Positions 1 to 10,652 of a DNA stretch of 64,000 bases are shown one piece after another. A program made the position numbers and the translations under genes. Each line of letters begins with the position of its first letter. Position 1 is the stretch's first letter. This DNA comes from Granulicella sp. (GTDB taxonomy: Bacteria; Acidobacteriota; Terriglobia; Terriglobales; Acidobacteriaceae): contig DAHWNL010000014.1 in the NCBI GenBank assembly GCA_027339965.1, positions 32,001 through 96,000 on the forward strand, given 5' to 3'. The notes beneath the pieces are model-generated. The model saw only the letters and a list, made by a program, of their open reading frames with translations. It ran no database searches and was not told the origin of the DNA.

Positions 1-67
1 TTCATCCCCCCCCGCCGGACGGGGGTAACGCGATCCGGCAACACGGGCGCTGAGATAGACTTGAACG

Positions 68-841
68 GTGTCCACCGAACTGAGCAGGGAATCCAGCATG
101 GGCGCAGCAGCGCCAAACCCACCCGCGTCGACCGCCGCTCCCGGTCCGATCATCTCCGCGCAGAGCCTGCGCAAGGTCTATGGCTCCGGGAAGCTTCGGG
201 TGGAGGCGCTGCGCGAAGTCAGCTTCGACGTTGATCGGGGAGAGTTCATCGCCATTGTGGGTCCTTCCGGTTCTGGCAAGTCGACTCTTTTCTACATTTT
301 AGGAGGATTGACCTCAGCGACCGCCGGGTCGCTGTTCATCGAGGGCAGGGACTTCTCCAAGCTCAACGATGCGGAGCGAACCCGCCTGCGCCGCTCCCAT
401 ATAGGCTTCGTCTTTCAGCGATTCAATCTGCTCCCCACGATCTCCGCTCGGGACAACATCAAGCTGGCGCATGAGATTGCCGCCACCGGTCGAGCCTTCG
501 ACGAAGCGATGTTGAGCCATCTCTGCCAACTGCTTAAGATCCAGGGGCGAGTGGAACATCGGCCCAGCGAGCTCTCCGGAGGCGAGCAGCAGCGCGTTGC
601 AATCGCCCGGGCGTTGATCACCCGGCCCACCATCTTGTTGGCGGATGAACCCACCGGCAACTTGGATTCGCAGAACTCTGAGGCAGTGCTATCGATGCTC
701 CATGCATCCAGCCGGGAGATGAGGCAGACGGTCATGATGATCACCCATAACCCGGAGGCGGCCCAGATCGCCGACCGGATCCTGCATATGCGTGACGGAC
801 AGATTGTGAAGATCGAGCCGGGAAGAGGCGGCAGGGCCTGA
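68..841 (+). CDS. ABC transporter ATP-binding protein (LolD/MacB-like subfamily)
   Basis: Walker A GPSGSGKST, Q-loop GFVFQRFNL, signature LSGGEQQRVAIARAL, Walker B LLADEPTGNLD, H-loop MITHN. The start may be the ATG at 98. Confidence 0.9.
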   Translation: MSTELSRESSMGAAAPNPPASTAAPGPIISAQSLRKVYGSGKLRVEALREVSFDVDRGEFIAIVGPSGSGKSTLFYILGGLTSATAGSLFIEGRDFSKLNDAERTRLRRSHIGFVFQRFNLLPTISARDNIKLAHEIAATGRAFDEAMLSHLCQLLKIQGRVEHRPSELSGGEQQRVAIARALITRPTILLADEPTGNLDSQNSEAVLSMLHASSREMRQTVMMITHNPEAAQIADRILHMRDGQIVKIEPGRGGRA

Positions 842-1194
842 TGACGAGGGGTGCAGCTTGCTCGCCGGGGCTTCGCCGGATGATCCTGGAAGGCACTCTG
901 GTGGCGATGATCTGGACTTCGGCCGGGGCTCAGCCAACCGCTTCCCAAACTCGGCAAGCCGCCGCTTCCGCCGGGCCGGAGAGATCCCAACGTCTGGCCG
1001 AGCAGGTGGACATCAATAGCGCAACTCCGCAACAACTGAACGCCCTTCCCGGGTTTGGTCCCGCGTACACCCGGCGGGTGATCGCCGGACGTCCCTACCG
1101 CTTAAAAAATCAACTGGTAACGCGGGGCGTGATTCCGCAAGCGGAGTACGAACGGATCCGCGACCGGATTGCCGCTCACCGGCCGGCAAGGTAG
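841..1194 (+). CDS. ComEA-like helix-hairpin-helix DNA-binding protein with signal peptide
   Basis: VDINSATPQQLNALPGFGPAYTRRVIAGRPY is a typical HhH/ComEA motif. Hydrophobic N-terminus ending AGAQ. Start overlaps the upstream stop (TGATG). Confidence 0.8.
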   Translation: MTRGAACSPGLRRMILEGTLVAMIWTSAGAQPTASQTRQAAASAGPERSQRLAEQVDINSATPQQLNALPGFGPAYTRRVIAGRPYRLKNQLVTRGVIPQAEYERIRDRIAAHRPAR

Positions 1195-1397
1195 AGGCTC
1201 CCGCCCGCGCGGCGACGGCGGTACGATGATCGAGGTTGTTCCCCCTTCGAGCCGGGCGGGTTTCCAAGTTCCTTTTCCGGTCGAATTCGCCCATAATTCA
1301 AGAGAGAGCAGCATGCAGGGACCGGGCTGGCCGGCGCCGCGGCCGCCCTGGGTGGCGAATCATCGGCCGAGCAGTTGACCCTAAGAGTGCAGAAGCC

Positions 1398-2213
1398 ATG
1401 GCTTGGAAATCTTCCTTCCCCGGCAGAGGATGCGCGCCCTTCTGGGCCGCCCCAGCAGAGCTGGCCAGCGCATGGCGGCGAGTTAGAGGGTGTGCGGCGC
1501 TAGGGTTGGCGACCGTCTTCCTGATCGGCTGCCAGGGAATGGCGATGGATTCCAGCCTGGACTCGGCGCAGCTACGCGTGATCGATGCGTCTCCGGACGC
1601 GGGGATCATCGATTCTTACGGGAACGATGGAGCCCTGGCCTATAACCTGTCCTTTGGTACGATGACCAGCTACATTGCGGTTGCGCCTGGCGACTACCAA
1701 CTGACCGCCGCCCGGGCCGGCACTCACCAGACCTTGGCTGCCTGCAGCGAGAGCCTAGCCGTGGGCAGACAGTATACGGAGATCATCGGCTCCGGCTTGG
1801 CAGACATGCGGTCGGCGGTCTTTGTGGATCGCTCGACGCCGGCTCCGGAGGGCGAGATCGCCGTACGGGTGATCAATGAAACGACTCATCCGGGCGCGCT
1901 GCGCGTATCCATGGTTCCGCTGATTGCCACGGACTCCAGAGCGATGAGTTCCTACGCGCTCGCGTCACATCTTGGCCCCGGCGCCAGCTCTGGATACGTC
2001 ACCCTGCCGATGGGCGCCTACGCTGTGGAGGTGAAGTCCGCGAACAGGGCACAGTCCTCCACAGCGAACCTGCTGCGCGGCGTCCAGATCCCCTACCCCT
2101 CCGGAGCGGTCCGCACGGTGGTGCTGATCGATCAGCCGATTCCAGTAGACCAGCCGAGCTCTTCACAGACCGGGGTTCAGGCCATCGTCGCTGACGATGC
2201 CGATGCCCCGTAA
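1398..2213 (+). CDS. DUF4397-like putative lipoprotein
   Basis: Lipobox-like FLIGC followed by LRVIDASPDAG..D and a second repeat VRVINET, as in DUF4397 beta-sandwich proteins. Start uncertain. Confidence 0.65.
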   Translation: MAWKSSFPGRGCAPFWAAPAELASAWRRVRGCAALGLATVFLIGCQGMAMDSSLDSAQLRVIDASPDAGIIDSYGNDGALAYNLSFGTMTSYIAVAPGDYQLTAARAGTHQTLAACSESLAVGRQYTEIIGSGLADMRSAVFVDRSTPAPEGEIAVRVINETTHPGALRVSMVPLIATDSRAMSSYALASHLGPGASSGYVTLPMGAYAVEVKSANRAQSSTANLLRGVQIPYPSGAVRTVVLIDQPIPVDQPSSSQTGVQAIVADDADAP

Positions 2214-2399
2214 GCAACGGCTGGCGCGAGGAGGCGCAAGACCGGAATCCCAGTGGATATGTCCCAACGAAGTTGAATTTCTCCGCGGCCTGTCTGCTGG
2301 GTCGGATGAAAGACGCCCCAGCAGACAGGCTTCGGATGCTCCCTCCACTCTGAAGAGGCTAAAACTGCCGTTCAGAGTGTGGCCGGCGGGAGTGGCCGT

Positions 2400-3857
2400 T
2401 TACTGGCACTGCATGAACGCCAGCGGCTGCAGTGAGACTGCGGTTTGTCCCGTGACGGACAGTGTGGTTGCGGTGGTCTTCATCTCCGACGGGCTGCAAT
2501 CGCTGGTTCCGCCTGAACCCGGAATCGTAGCGATGCCGTCAACAACGTAGCTGGCCGAAGGCCCAACCACAGTAAGCGTAGCGCCCGCAGCCGCCCAAAC
2601 GCCCAAGTAGGGAGCGCCTGTGGGAACTTCCAGGCTGTAGTTGAAGCAGTCGGTACCGGTGGGGCAGGTCGAGCCGGCAGCCGTCACCACCGGCATGGTG
2701 GCCGCGCTCTGGGTGGAAGTGGGCGGCAGCGGAATGGTGTACACGGAGGACTGGACTGTCTCCAGCACGCTCAGGTCAACGTTGGCAGCCGTGGCGGCGT
2801 TGCTGCTGTTCTGCGATGTGACCATTCCATTGAGTTGCGCGAACGTGGTGGCGGATGATCCAGAGGTAGCCGTCGGCAAGGACAGTTTAACGGTGCCGAC
2901 CGTGCTGCCCACAGAGACCCCAGTCACGATCGAGGGTTCATACAGCGAGCCGTCGGAGCGGGTTCCAACGACGACGATGTCGTAGGTTCCGCTCGGCAGC
3001 GGGCAAAAGACGAATACGCCGCTGGAGTTGGTCAGCGTTGCGCGTTGTACACGGTCTACACCGGTGGAGTCCTTCTGCTCGGCCGCTACCAGAACGGTCC
3101 CGTTGACGGGGTTGCCGGTGGCGCTGTCCAGAATGGTGCCATTGATGGAGGTTGAAGTCGTGCTAACCTCTCCGGCATGCAGAACCGGCTTCAGACGGTA
3201 TTGACCGCCTGCATCGACGATCGATTCGCAGACGCTGAAGTCAATATCCAGGTCTTCGGTCTGACCTGCCGCTACGTTGAAAGCCCCTCCCGCAATCTGG
3301 CCGGAGGGAATCTTGATGCCCGTCTGGGCTTCACTGGAGAGCAGCAAGGTTTGAACGCTCCCATCTGAAGTGAGAACCACACAGTTGGCTGCGCCATTGG
3401 AGCAGGCGTTCTTGGAGAGGCTGGAGCCGGTGCTGTTGGCCGCCAGGATGATCCGTATCTGCTGATAGCTCCCCGCTTGCAGCTCCTGAGCGTCCCCCAG
3501 GGTGGCAAGAAAACACTGGTTGTTCGCCTGTCCCAACAGGTCAATCTGCTGGGGAGAGCTGGAAAGACCGGGCGTCAGATCAACCCATCCAGAGTCCGTC
3601 GAGCTGGCGGTGGCGCTGGTGCTGGCCTTTACGTCCGTGATGGTCACGTACACATGCTCGAACGGCCCCGACGGGGCCTGACAGGTTGCCGGATCGCTCA
3701 GTTGCGTGTTGACGGTGCCCATTCCCGATGACGTTCCCGTACTCATCGAGTTGCTGCTGCACGCCACTACCGCTATCGAGATGCCGGACACAAGCATGGC
3801 TAGCAAGCTTACGGTCCAGAAGTTGATCCATCGCGTGAAACTGCTTCTGATTTTCAT
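2400..3857 (-). CDS. DUF4382-domain lipoprotein with carboxypeptidase-regulatory-like domain
   Basis: Signal ending VVAC, then LSDPA..C, HVYVTITDV, IDLL, GSYQQIRIIL, GIKIP, DLDIDF, YRLKPVL motifs. Strong RBS (GAGGAGG) upstream. Confidence 0.75.
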   Translation of the reverse strand: MKIRSSFTRWINFWTVSLLAMLVSGISIAVVACSSNSMSTGTSSGMGTVNTQLSDPATCQAPSGPFEHVYVTITDVKASTSATASSTDSGWVDLTPGLSSSPQQIDLLGQANNQCFLATLGDAQELQAGSYQQIRIILAANSTGSSLSKNACSNGAANCVVLTSDGSVQTLLLSSEAQTGIKIPSGQIAGGAFNVAAGQTEDLDIDFSVCESIVDAGGQYRLKPVLHAGEVSTTSTSINGTILDSATGNPVNGTVLVAAEQKDSTGVDRVQRATLTNSSGVFVFCPLPSGTYDIVVVGTRSDGSLYEPSIVTGVSVGSTVGTVKLSLPTATSGSSATTFAQLNGMVTSQNSSNAATAANVDLSVLETVQSSVYTIPLPPTSTQSAATMPVVTAAGSTCPTGTDCFNYSLEVPTGAPYLGVWAAAGATLTVVGPSASYVVDGIATIPGSGGTSDCSPSEMKTTATTLSVTGQTAVSLQPLAFMQCQ

Positions 3858-4222
3858 TTTTCCTCCTCAACGAGTTCGCAATGACGGAATGGATAGGCCC
3901 GAGTACCTCTCTTGGCCGTGATTCTTGGTACCGGTCAAGATGACACTTTGTCGCCAACAGCTATTTGTAACCAATAGCCTTTTGTAGCCAAGAGCCTGCT
4001 CTCTGCATGTCCCAGAATGATCTTATTTCATTGGCGCCTTTTGTCCACCTGCATTCGTCTTATTCCAAGCCGGCCTTCGTGTTCGGATAAGCAGGTGGGC
4101 AGAAAAGTGTGCGGCTGTCGATAACTGAGATTGAGTTGGACCATCTTTTGGTTGCCAATCACGTGCTGATTTCTTTTCAGATCATTCTTGGCTATCTGCG
4201 TCATTTCTTTTTTCATCATTCA

Positions 4223-5386
4223 TCAGACAAGGACTCGCCGATAAGCTCCGGCAGTCTGCTGAATCATCGCCTCTGAGGTGAACTTCTCGACGACCAGAGC
4301 TCTTGCTGCCAAGCCCATCGCCTGCGCCTCAGCGGGATTCGAGAGCAGCCGTGCCATGGCCTCGGCCAGGGCCAGAGGATCTTCGGGTGGCACAAGCAGA
4401 CCGTTGACCCCGTCTTTCACTGCCTCGCTGTTTCCCCCCACATCGGTTGCAACCACTGGGAGAGATGCAGCCATAGCCTCCAGAATGGCGTTCGAAAATC
4501 CTTCACTGCGTGAGGGAAGGACGAAGAGGTCCGATGCGGCAAGATGTTCCCTGAGTTGCTTGATGTCGCCAACGAAGTGAAGGCGTTCTCCAAGGTTCAA
4601 CTCCTGCACGAGCCTCTGCAACTCGAGGAAGGTATCCTGCTCCAGCACATGCCCGGCGATGGTGAACCGCGCCTGGGGGAACCGCGAGACGAGAGCCGCA
4701 GCCGCACGCACAAACACGTCGTGTCCTTTGACGCGGCGAATGTTCCCGACGGTGGTGACCACCAAGTTGCCAGAGATCTTTTCGGGCCGGTTGATCGGCT
4801 CCCAGGCGGAGAGGTTGAGACCGTTGTAGATAGTCTGAACGCGCTCGGGATCCACTCCGTCCTCCTCGATACAGTGCCGCCGCACCTGTTCGGAGACGGT
4901 GAAGACGGCATCCGGAAGGCCTGCCATCAGTCGATAGGCTATGGTGTGCTTGGGGGTCCGCAGGATGCCCATGTCGCGGCGGCTCCAGATGAGCTTGGCC
5001 GGCGATGCCGCCTTGGCGACGCCTCCAGCCCACAGATCGGAGCTCTCAAAGAAGGTCTGCACGATCTTCACTTCGTGCTGCCGGAGAAATCCTCGCAGTT
5101 CGAACGCTCCTCGAAGCGCCGCGAGGTCATAAGTCCGCTGCAACGGCAAAAGGTAGATGGGGCAAGGAGGGGACTGCAGGGCGGAGCTCTCCGGGTGGAT
5201 GGAGAAGCTGAGGATGGAGGCCCGGAATCCGTGGCCGGGCAGGAGTGCGGCCAGGTTCAGGGCTACGCGCTCTCCTCCACCCAGAGCCTTGGGAAGCTGA
5301 TCGATCACTAACAGCGCGTGGGGCAGCCTCTGCATCGCTGGGTCGTTTTGGGGTCCATGGTCGGGTTGGGCGGCGAGTCGTATCAT
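4223..5386 (-). CDS. Glycosyltransferase family 4 (GT-B)
   Basis: GGGER N-terminal motif, VGNIRRVKGH, LFVLPSRSEGFSNAILEAMAASLPVVATDVGG. The start may be 5335. Confidence 0.92.
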   Translation of the reverse strand: MIRLAAQPDHGPQNDPAMQRLPHALLVIDQLPKALGGGERVALNLAALLPGHGFRASILSFSIHPESSALQSPPCPIYLLPLQRTYDLAALRGAFELRGFLRQHEVKIVQTFFESSDLWAGGVAKAASPAKLIWSRRDMGILRTPKHTIAYRLMAGLPDAVFTVSEQVRRHCIEEDGVDPERVQTIYNGLNLSAWEPINRPEKISGNLVVTTVGNIRRVKGHDVFVRAAAALVSRFPQARFTIAGHVLEQDTFLELQRLVQELNLGERLHFVGDIKQLREHLAASDLFVLPSRSEGFSNAILEAMAASLPVVATDVGGNSEAVKDGVNGLLVPPEDPLALAEAMARLLSNPAEAQAMGLAARALVVEKFTSEAMIQQTAGAYRRVLV

Positions 5387-5540
5387 CGGTCTGTGTGAAG
5401 GGACGAAACATGAGGTCTACGCGTCTGCGAGCTGGCCGGCTCGCAAAGCGGATGCGACCTTTCGCCTGCAGGGGCGGAGTCGGAGATCGCCGCGCAACTA
5501 TCTTCGGCGGCCAAGTTTGCACTCTGTTCTCAATTGCCTT

Positions 5541-6869
5541 TCATGCATAGTACGGAGCCGGAGCGTTCAGCGAGGGATCGTCTTCGGAGGTGGGGGCGGA
5601 TTCTGCCAAGGTAAAGTTCCAGGCTCGAAGGGCGGCGCTGACCAGTACCCATACGGGCGCAGTGATCTCGATATACGTCCAGCGGTCGCCAAACAAGTTG
5701 GTGACGATCAAGCAGCAGACACAGAGAAAGAGCCCCAGGCCAAGGCCCCGATACAGAGGGTCGGAGGCCCGCTTGAACAGGCGGTAGGAGATGGCCAGCA
5801 TCTGCTGCAGGAAAGCGAGAGCGAAGATGAAGCCTGCAATACCGGTCTCCACCAGCACCTTGACGTACCAGTTATGGGTGTCCTTCAGATTGTCAACGTG
5901 TTCGCTCATCTGGAAGGTGGCAAATCCGTTTCCCAAGAGCGGGCTGTGATAGAAAGATCGTTTCGCGTTCTCCCATAGATCGACACGCTCCTGGGCGGAG
6001 GCCTCGAGTTGCCCATTCGAGCTTTCGGTCATGGTGACTCGCTCACGTACAGCAGTGGGAACCACGCTCTGCCAGACGAGGAGGAAGCCGCCGAGAACCA
6101 GGAGCAGCTTCCGATCCTTCAGGAGTCCGAGGACGAGGACGCCAACGAGGATGGCCAGGTAGCCAGCTCTGGAGAAGGTGTACATGGCGGTAAAGATGGT
6201 GACGCCGGCGAGCGCATAGCCAGCGAGCTTAATCTTGTAGCGTTTTGAGAACTGCACGAATCCCCAGAAGAACATGGCGAACTGGGTGAGGTAAGCGGAA
6301 GTTTGGTTGGCGCCGAAGCCCAGGGGTCCGCCGCTCCGCTTATTCTCATCGAAGTTGGCCCAGGATCGGGACATGCTATCCAGCAGGCTGGAGCGATCGA
6401 TGAAGGCGACCGAGAGTGCCGTCAGCAGGATCACGGTTCGAATCGCCTTGCGATCCTCGATGACCATGCCTGCCGCCGCGAAGATCAGCGGAATGAGCAT
6501 GTAGTCCTTCCAATTGGCAAAGTTGAAATCGGAGAGCCACAGAGGAGCGGGGGCGTTGGCGAGCACCACACCAAGCCACATCGAGAAATAGAGATAGATG
6601 CCGAAGAACAGCCAGATGAGGTAGGGCCTGGAGGCAGGCAGGCGCTTGCCGTGGGCGAGGGCTCCGATGAGGATGCAGAGAACCAGAATAGTCAATATCT
6701 GCGCTCCCAGAGGGTAGATGAGGAAGTGGTCGCGCATGGTCCGGTAGGGAAGGAAGAGGATGAGATAGTAGAGCCCGTAGAGAGGTTTTCCAAACGAAAC
6801 CAGGCACATGACCCAGAAGCCGAGGTACGCGACGAGGGGGATGTAGTGTCCTAGTCCTGTTCCTAACAT
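5541..6869 (-). CDS. O-antigen ligase / Wzy-like polymerase family membrane protein
   Basis: About 12 hydrophobic segments, TFSRAGYL motif, ERVDLW..A....PLLGNG, DTHNWYVKVLVETGIAG. Start taken at MLGTGLG; the ORF-track extension overlaps the GT2 gene. Confidence 0.85.
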   Translation of the reverse strand: MLGTGLGHYIPLVAYLGFWVMCLVSFGKPLYGLYYLILFLPYRTMRDHFLIYPLGAQILTILVLCILIGALAHGKRLPASRPYLIWLFFGIYLYFSMWLGVVLANAPAPLWLSDFNFANWKDYMLIPLIFAAAGMVIEDRKAIRTVILLTALSVAFIDRSSLLDSMSRSWANFDENKRSGGPLGFGANQTSAYLTQFAMFFWGFVQFSKRYKIKLAGYALAGVTIFTAMYTFSRAGYLAILVGVLVLGLLKDRKLLLVLGGFLLVWQSVVPTAVRERVTMTESSNGQLEASAQERVDLWENAKRSFYHSPLLGNGFATFQMSEHVDNLKDTHNWYVKVLVETGIAGFIFALAFLQQMLAISYRLFKRASDPLYRGLGLGLFLCVCCLIVTNLFGDRWTYIEITAPVWVLVSAALRAWNFTLAESAPTSEDDPSLNAPAPYYA

Positions 6870-6927
6870 GCGATCTCCAAAGACGGTGAGTGAATGGATC
6901 CTCTTGCAGGATCGAGTTCTGCTGGAG

Positions 6928-8079
6928 CTAAGTCCAGAGTCTTTTTCGTCCCGCGACGAAACTATAGAATGCCATGAGAGCGGCAGCGTTGAGCAAGACG
7001 AAGGTGTGGGCGATCGCGATGGGTTTGAAGGCCTTCGCAGACGGGCTGACAGCTCCCAATGCCGCGGCGAGATAGAAGAGGATCTGGGCCAGGAACGCCG
7101 CGTGGTAGAAGGTTCCTCTCGCGAGAGCGGAGGCAAGCAGCATCAGGGTTAGAAACAGCGGGACGGCGAGCCGCAGCAGCTTATGGCAGACGAAGCGAAA
7201 GAGCAGAGGATTCGCCGCGGAGAGAAGCCATGGCTCCAGACGCAACAACTGGTAGTTTCCGGTAAGGGTTCTCACCTTGCGGCTGAACTCCCGTCCCTTC
7301 TGGCTGAACAGACGGTCCCGCGCTATCGCGCTGGATTGAAAGACGACCCTCTTTCCCGCCTTGATTACGCGCATGGGCACAAAGACATCGTCCAGGATGG
7401 TTCCGGCCGGAATCTCAGCGAAAAGCTCGCGGCGAACCGCATAGATGGCTCCGGTGACTCCGACGACGGAACCGGTGGCAGATTCGAGCTTGCGCACGGT
7501 CTTTTCGATCTTCCAGTAGATGCCCAACCCCTCTGGAGCCGTCTCCGCATTTGCGGACTCTAACACCAGCTCGCCACTCACCGCTCCCACCTCCGGGTCA
7601 GCCAGGAGGGAGATCAGCTCGGCGACGGCATTGCTGTCCACCATTTGCCGGGCATCCTGAAAGACCAGCACATCTCCGGTCGCGTGTTGCACTGCCTCAT
7701 TCAAGGCAATAGCTTTTCCGCCGGAGGGCTCAAGAATCACCGGAACCAATATGGATGCGTGCTCACGGAGGATCTCTACTGTGCGATCCGTGGAGCCATC
7801 CGAGGCGATCACAATCTGGAGAAGCTCCCGGGGATAATCTGTACCTTCCAGGTTTTTGATCTTGCCCGGCAGGTTGGCCTCTTCATTGCGTGCGGCAAGG
7901 ATGATGGAGACGGTGGGCAGGATCGGGGTGGGATCAACCGCGTGCGGTGCGGCGTCTTGAGGCGGTGGCTGGGGAGGCGACGGAACACGAAGCCAGAGAG
8001 CCTGAATCCAGAGCAGCAGCGGGTAGCCGAAGTACGCATATCCCGCCAGCGCCAGGCATAGCCAGAAGACGGCCCTCAT
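6928..8079 (-). CDS. Glycosyltransferase family 2 with N- and C-terminal TM segments
   Basis: VSIILAARNEE, ASDGSTD, GKAIALN, FQDAR (DxD-like), GAIYAVRR, ILDDVF, RKVRT. RBS AGGAG before MRAVF. Confidence 0.9.
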   Translation of the reverse strand: MRAVFWLCLALAGYAYFGYPLLLWIQALWLRVPSPPQPPPQDAAPHAVDPTPILPTVSIILAARNEEANLPGKIKNLEGTDYPRELLQIVIASDGSTDRTVEILREHASILVPVILEPSGGKAIALNEAVQHATGDVLVFQDARQMVDSNAVAELISLLADPEVGAVSGELVLESANAETAPEGLGIYWKIEKTVRKLESATGSVVGVTGAIYAVRRELFAEIPAGTILDDVFVPMRVIKAGKRVVFQSSAIARDRLFSQKGREFSRKVRTLTGNYQLLRLEPWLLSAANPLLFRFVCHKLLRLAVPLFLTLMLLASALARGTFYHAAFLAQILFYLAAALGAVSPSAKAFKPIAIAHTFVLLNAAALMAFYSFVAGRKRLWT

Positions 8080-8278
8080 GATCCACTCCTCCAGGGGAAT
8101 TTTCGACGACCCCGACGGGCTGCTTCGCCTGGAGGGGTTCTCCATGGTGCTGAAGGCCTGCGGCTAGCGCCGCGGAGACATTCCTGGGCTGAGTTTGCCA
8201 TGAGTCGGCAGGTCGCATCCAGACAACATCCGTAACAATATCTCTATAGTATCTTGGAACCTGCGAACCGAATCATCA

Positions 8279-9814
8279 ATGGCTGGCTCAAAACGCTTTG
8301 CTCTCAATGTGACAATGAACTGGGTCGCCATGGCCGCGGGCATGGCGGTGCCGTTCTTTCTGACCCCGATTGTCATCCGGAGCCTAGGATCGGTGGCCTA
8401 CGGCGTCTGGATTCTGGCCGTCTCCACGGTGGGATATCTAGCTCTTCTGGACATGGGCATGCGAAGCGCGGTGATCCGCTTTGTCTCCAAGGCCGATGCG
8501 CAGGGAGATCTGACCGAGGCCAAGAAGGCGATCGGCGCGGCGCTCTGGTTCCGCATTCTCATCGCCTCCGGCGCAGCGGTTCTAAGCCTGATTCTGGCTC
8601 TTGAGTTCCCGCGCTTCTTCAAGGTGCCCGGCGGGCTGGAGCACGCAGCGCAGGTCACCGTGCTGATGTGTGCTCTGGCGGTGGCCGTCACCCTGGCTTC
8701 GGGTGTCTTCGGCGCGGTGCTCAGTGCGGTGCACCGCTTTGACATCCTCAGTGGCGTGAGCATCGCGCAGACCACCCTGAAGGCCGCCGGCGTGCTTCTC
8801 ATTCTGCATCGTGGCGGCGGACTGGTTCCGCTGGCCTACTGGGAGTTCACGATGACGCTGCTGGCCGGACTGGCGACCTGGGGAGCAGCGGCGAAGATCT
8901 TTCCCGCAGCCCGCGTCCGGCTGGGACGCCCTGATATCCAGACGCTCAAAAAGATCTGGTCCTATAGCGTGACCACCTTCTTGATTGTGATCGCGGTGCA
9001 GGTGGTCTTCAACACGGACAACATTGTGGTGGGAGCCTTCGTTTCCGTGGGAGCTGTCGCCTTCTACTCGATCGGCGGCAGCCTGGTGGCTTACTCGCGG
9101 CAGTTCGTTACCTCCATGGCGACCACCTTTATCCCCATGGCGAGCAATCTGGAGGCCGAGGGTAGAACCGAAGCGCTGCAGAAGCTGCTTATGAAAGGCA
9201 CACAGGCGACGTTGGGTCTCGCGCTGCCGGTGAGCTTGGCGCTGCTCTTCCGCGGCAAGACCTTCATTGGTCTTTGGATGGGGCACCAGTACAGCCAGAC
9301 CTCCGGGACCGTACTGCAGATTCTGATGATCAGCCAGTACTTTGGCGTGGCGAACACCACCGGAGGGCAGATCGCGTTTGGAATCGAGAAGCACAAGTCC
9401 ATGGCTTACTGGGCTGTCGTGGAGGCGGCGCTCAACCTCAGTTTGAGCGTTGTTCTTGCACGGAAGATCGGAATCTACGGCGTCGCATGGGGGACTTCGA
9501 TCGCGACCACCATCATTCATCTCATCTTTTGGCCACGATATCTCCGACGTGAGTTGAAGGTGCCGGTGAAAACCTATCTGTGGGAGGGATGGGGAAAGAT
9601 TACGCTTTCCTCCATCCCGTTTGCCGTGGCGTGTTACGCCGCAGACCGGTACTGGCATCCCGCTTCCATGGTGGTCTTCTTTGGACAGATTTTGATCACA
9701 TTACCCGTTTACGTGGTTTGTTCCTTGTGGATCTTCAAGGATGAGCTACGGCAGATGTGGAGTGGCTGGCGGCGGACCGAGACCGTCTCCGTGCAGGATG
9801 TCTCTTTGGAGTAG
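8279..9814 (+). CDS. Polysaccharide flippase (Wzx / MOP superfamily)
   Basis: 511 aa, about 14 TM segments, TPIVIRSLGSVAYGVW..LDMG motif, GIYGVAWGT near the C-terminus. Lies within the glycosyltransferase cluster. Confidence 0.88.
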   Translation: MAGSKRFALNVTMNWVAMAAGMAVPFFLTPIVIRSLGSVAYGVWILAVSTVGYLALLDMGMRSAVIRFVSKADAQGDLTEAKKAIGAALWFRILIASGAAVLSLILALEFPRFFKVPGGLEHAAQVTVLMCALAVAVTLASGVFGAVLSAVHRFDILSGVSIAQTTLKAAGVLLILHRGGGLVPLAYWEFTMTLLAGLATWGAAAKIFPAARVRLGRPDIQTLKKIWSYSVTTFLIVIAVQVVFNTDNIVVGAFVSVGAVAFYSIGGSLVAYSRQFVTSMATTFIPMASNLEAEGRTEALQKLLMKGTQATLGLALPVSLALLFRGKTFIGLWMGHQYSQTSGTVLQILMISQYFGVANTTGGQIAFGIEKHKSMAYWAVVEAALNLSLSVVLARKIGIYGVAWGTSIATTIIHLIFWPRYLRRELKVPVKTYLWEGWGKITLSSIPFAVACYAADRYWHPASMVVFFGQILITLPVYVVCSLWIFKDELRQMWSGWRRTETVSVQDVSLE

Positions 9815-10027
9815 CGGGACAACGAGCGGGCGGCAAGCCTGACGGGGACCCGGTGCAGGGGAAGACGCGCAGTGCGCCGGGATTCCGCGGTACGCCTGCA
9901 GGAAAAGGGCTCTGCCCATCCGGTTTCCCCATACTCCTCATCCCAGTGAAGGAAGCTTCCTGAGGATCTATACCGCAACAGGTTACAGCCGCACAGCGCA
10001 GGGACGGTCGAAGATGGGAACACTTGC

Positions 10028-10616
10028 ATGAAACTTTGGAAGACACTCCGGGCAGACGTCACCACTACAGTGGCAAGACCGGTGTGCGAGCCCTGCTGAC
10101 GGAGTACTGGCGCACCCCGGGTTTTCGCTTCGCGTTTTACCTGCGCAAAGTGGCCTACTACAGCGGAAGGGAGCGCTCCTTTGGGCTGCTCCCGTACCTC
10201 GATAACCGGCTTTGGCTGAATCACTACCGGTTTCGTTCTGGCTTTGAGATCTCGCCCACCACGCGCATCGGTCCCGGTCTCTACCTGGGCACTTTGGCGG
10301 TGTGGTGATCAGCCCCTACGCGGTGCTGGGTGCGAACATGAATATTGCCCAGGTTGTAACGATCGGAGCGGCCAGCCGGGGGGCTCGCCAGGGGGTGCCG
10401 GTCTTTGGGAGCCGCGTCTGGATAGGCGCCAATGCGATCGTCGTGGGTAAGGTGACGATCAGAGACGATGCCCTGATCGGGCCGGGGGCCTATGTGAACT
10501 TTGACGTTCCGGAGAAGTCGATTGTGCTTGGGAACCCGGGCAAGATCGTCTCGCAGGCGGGCTCCGCGGACTACGTCCATAACACGCTACCAGGGGTTGA
10601 AACAGATGCAGAATGA
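10028..10616 (+). pseudogene. Serine O-acetyltransferase-like (hexapeptide-repeat) acetyltransferase, two frameshifts
   Basis: MKLWKTLRADV (ATG 10028), frame change near 10060 to HYSGK...GFEISPTTRIGPGLYLG, frame change near 10290 to HFGGVVISPYAVLGANMNIAQVVTIG...VWIGANAIVVGKVTI...VLGNPGK. Confidence 0.8.
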
Positions 10617-10652
10617 TTCGCTGAGCGGCCATGCGGATGGAGGGTTCCGGCT

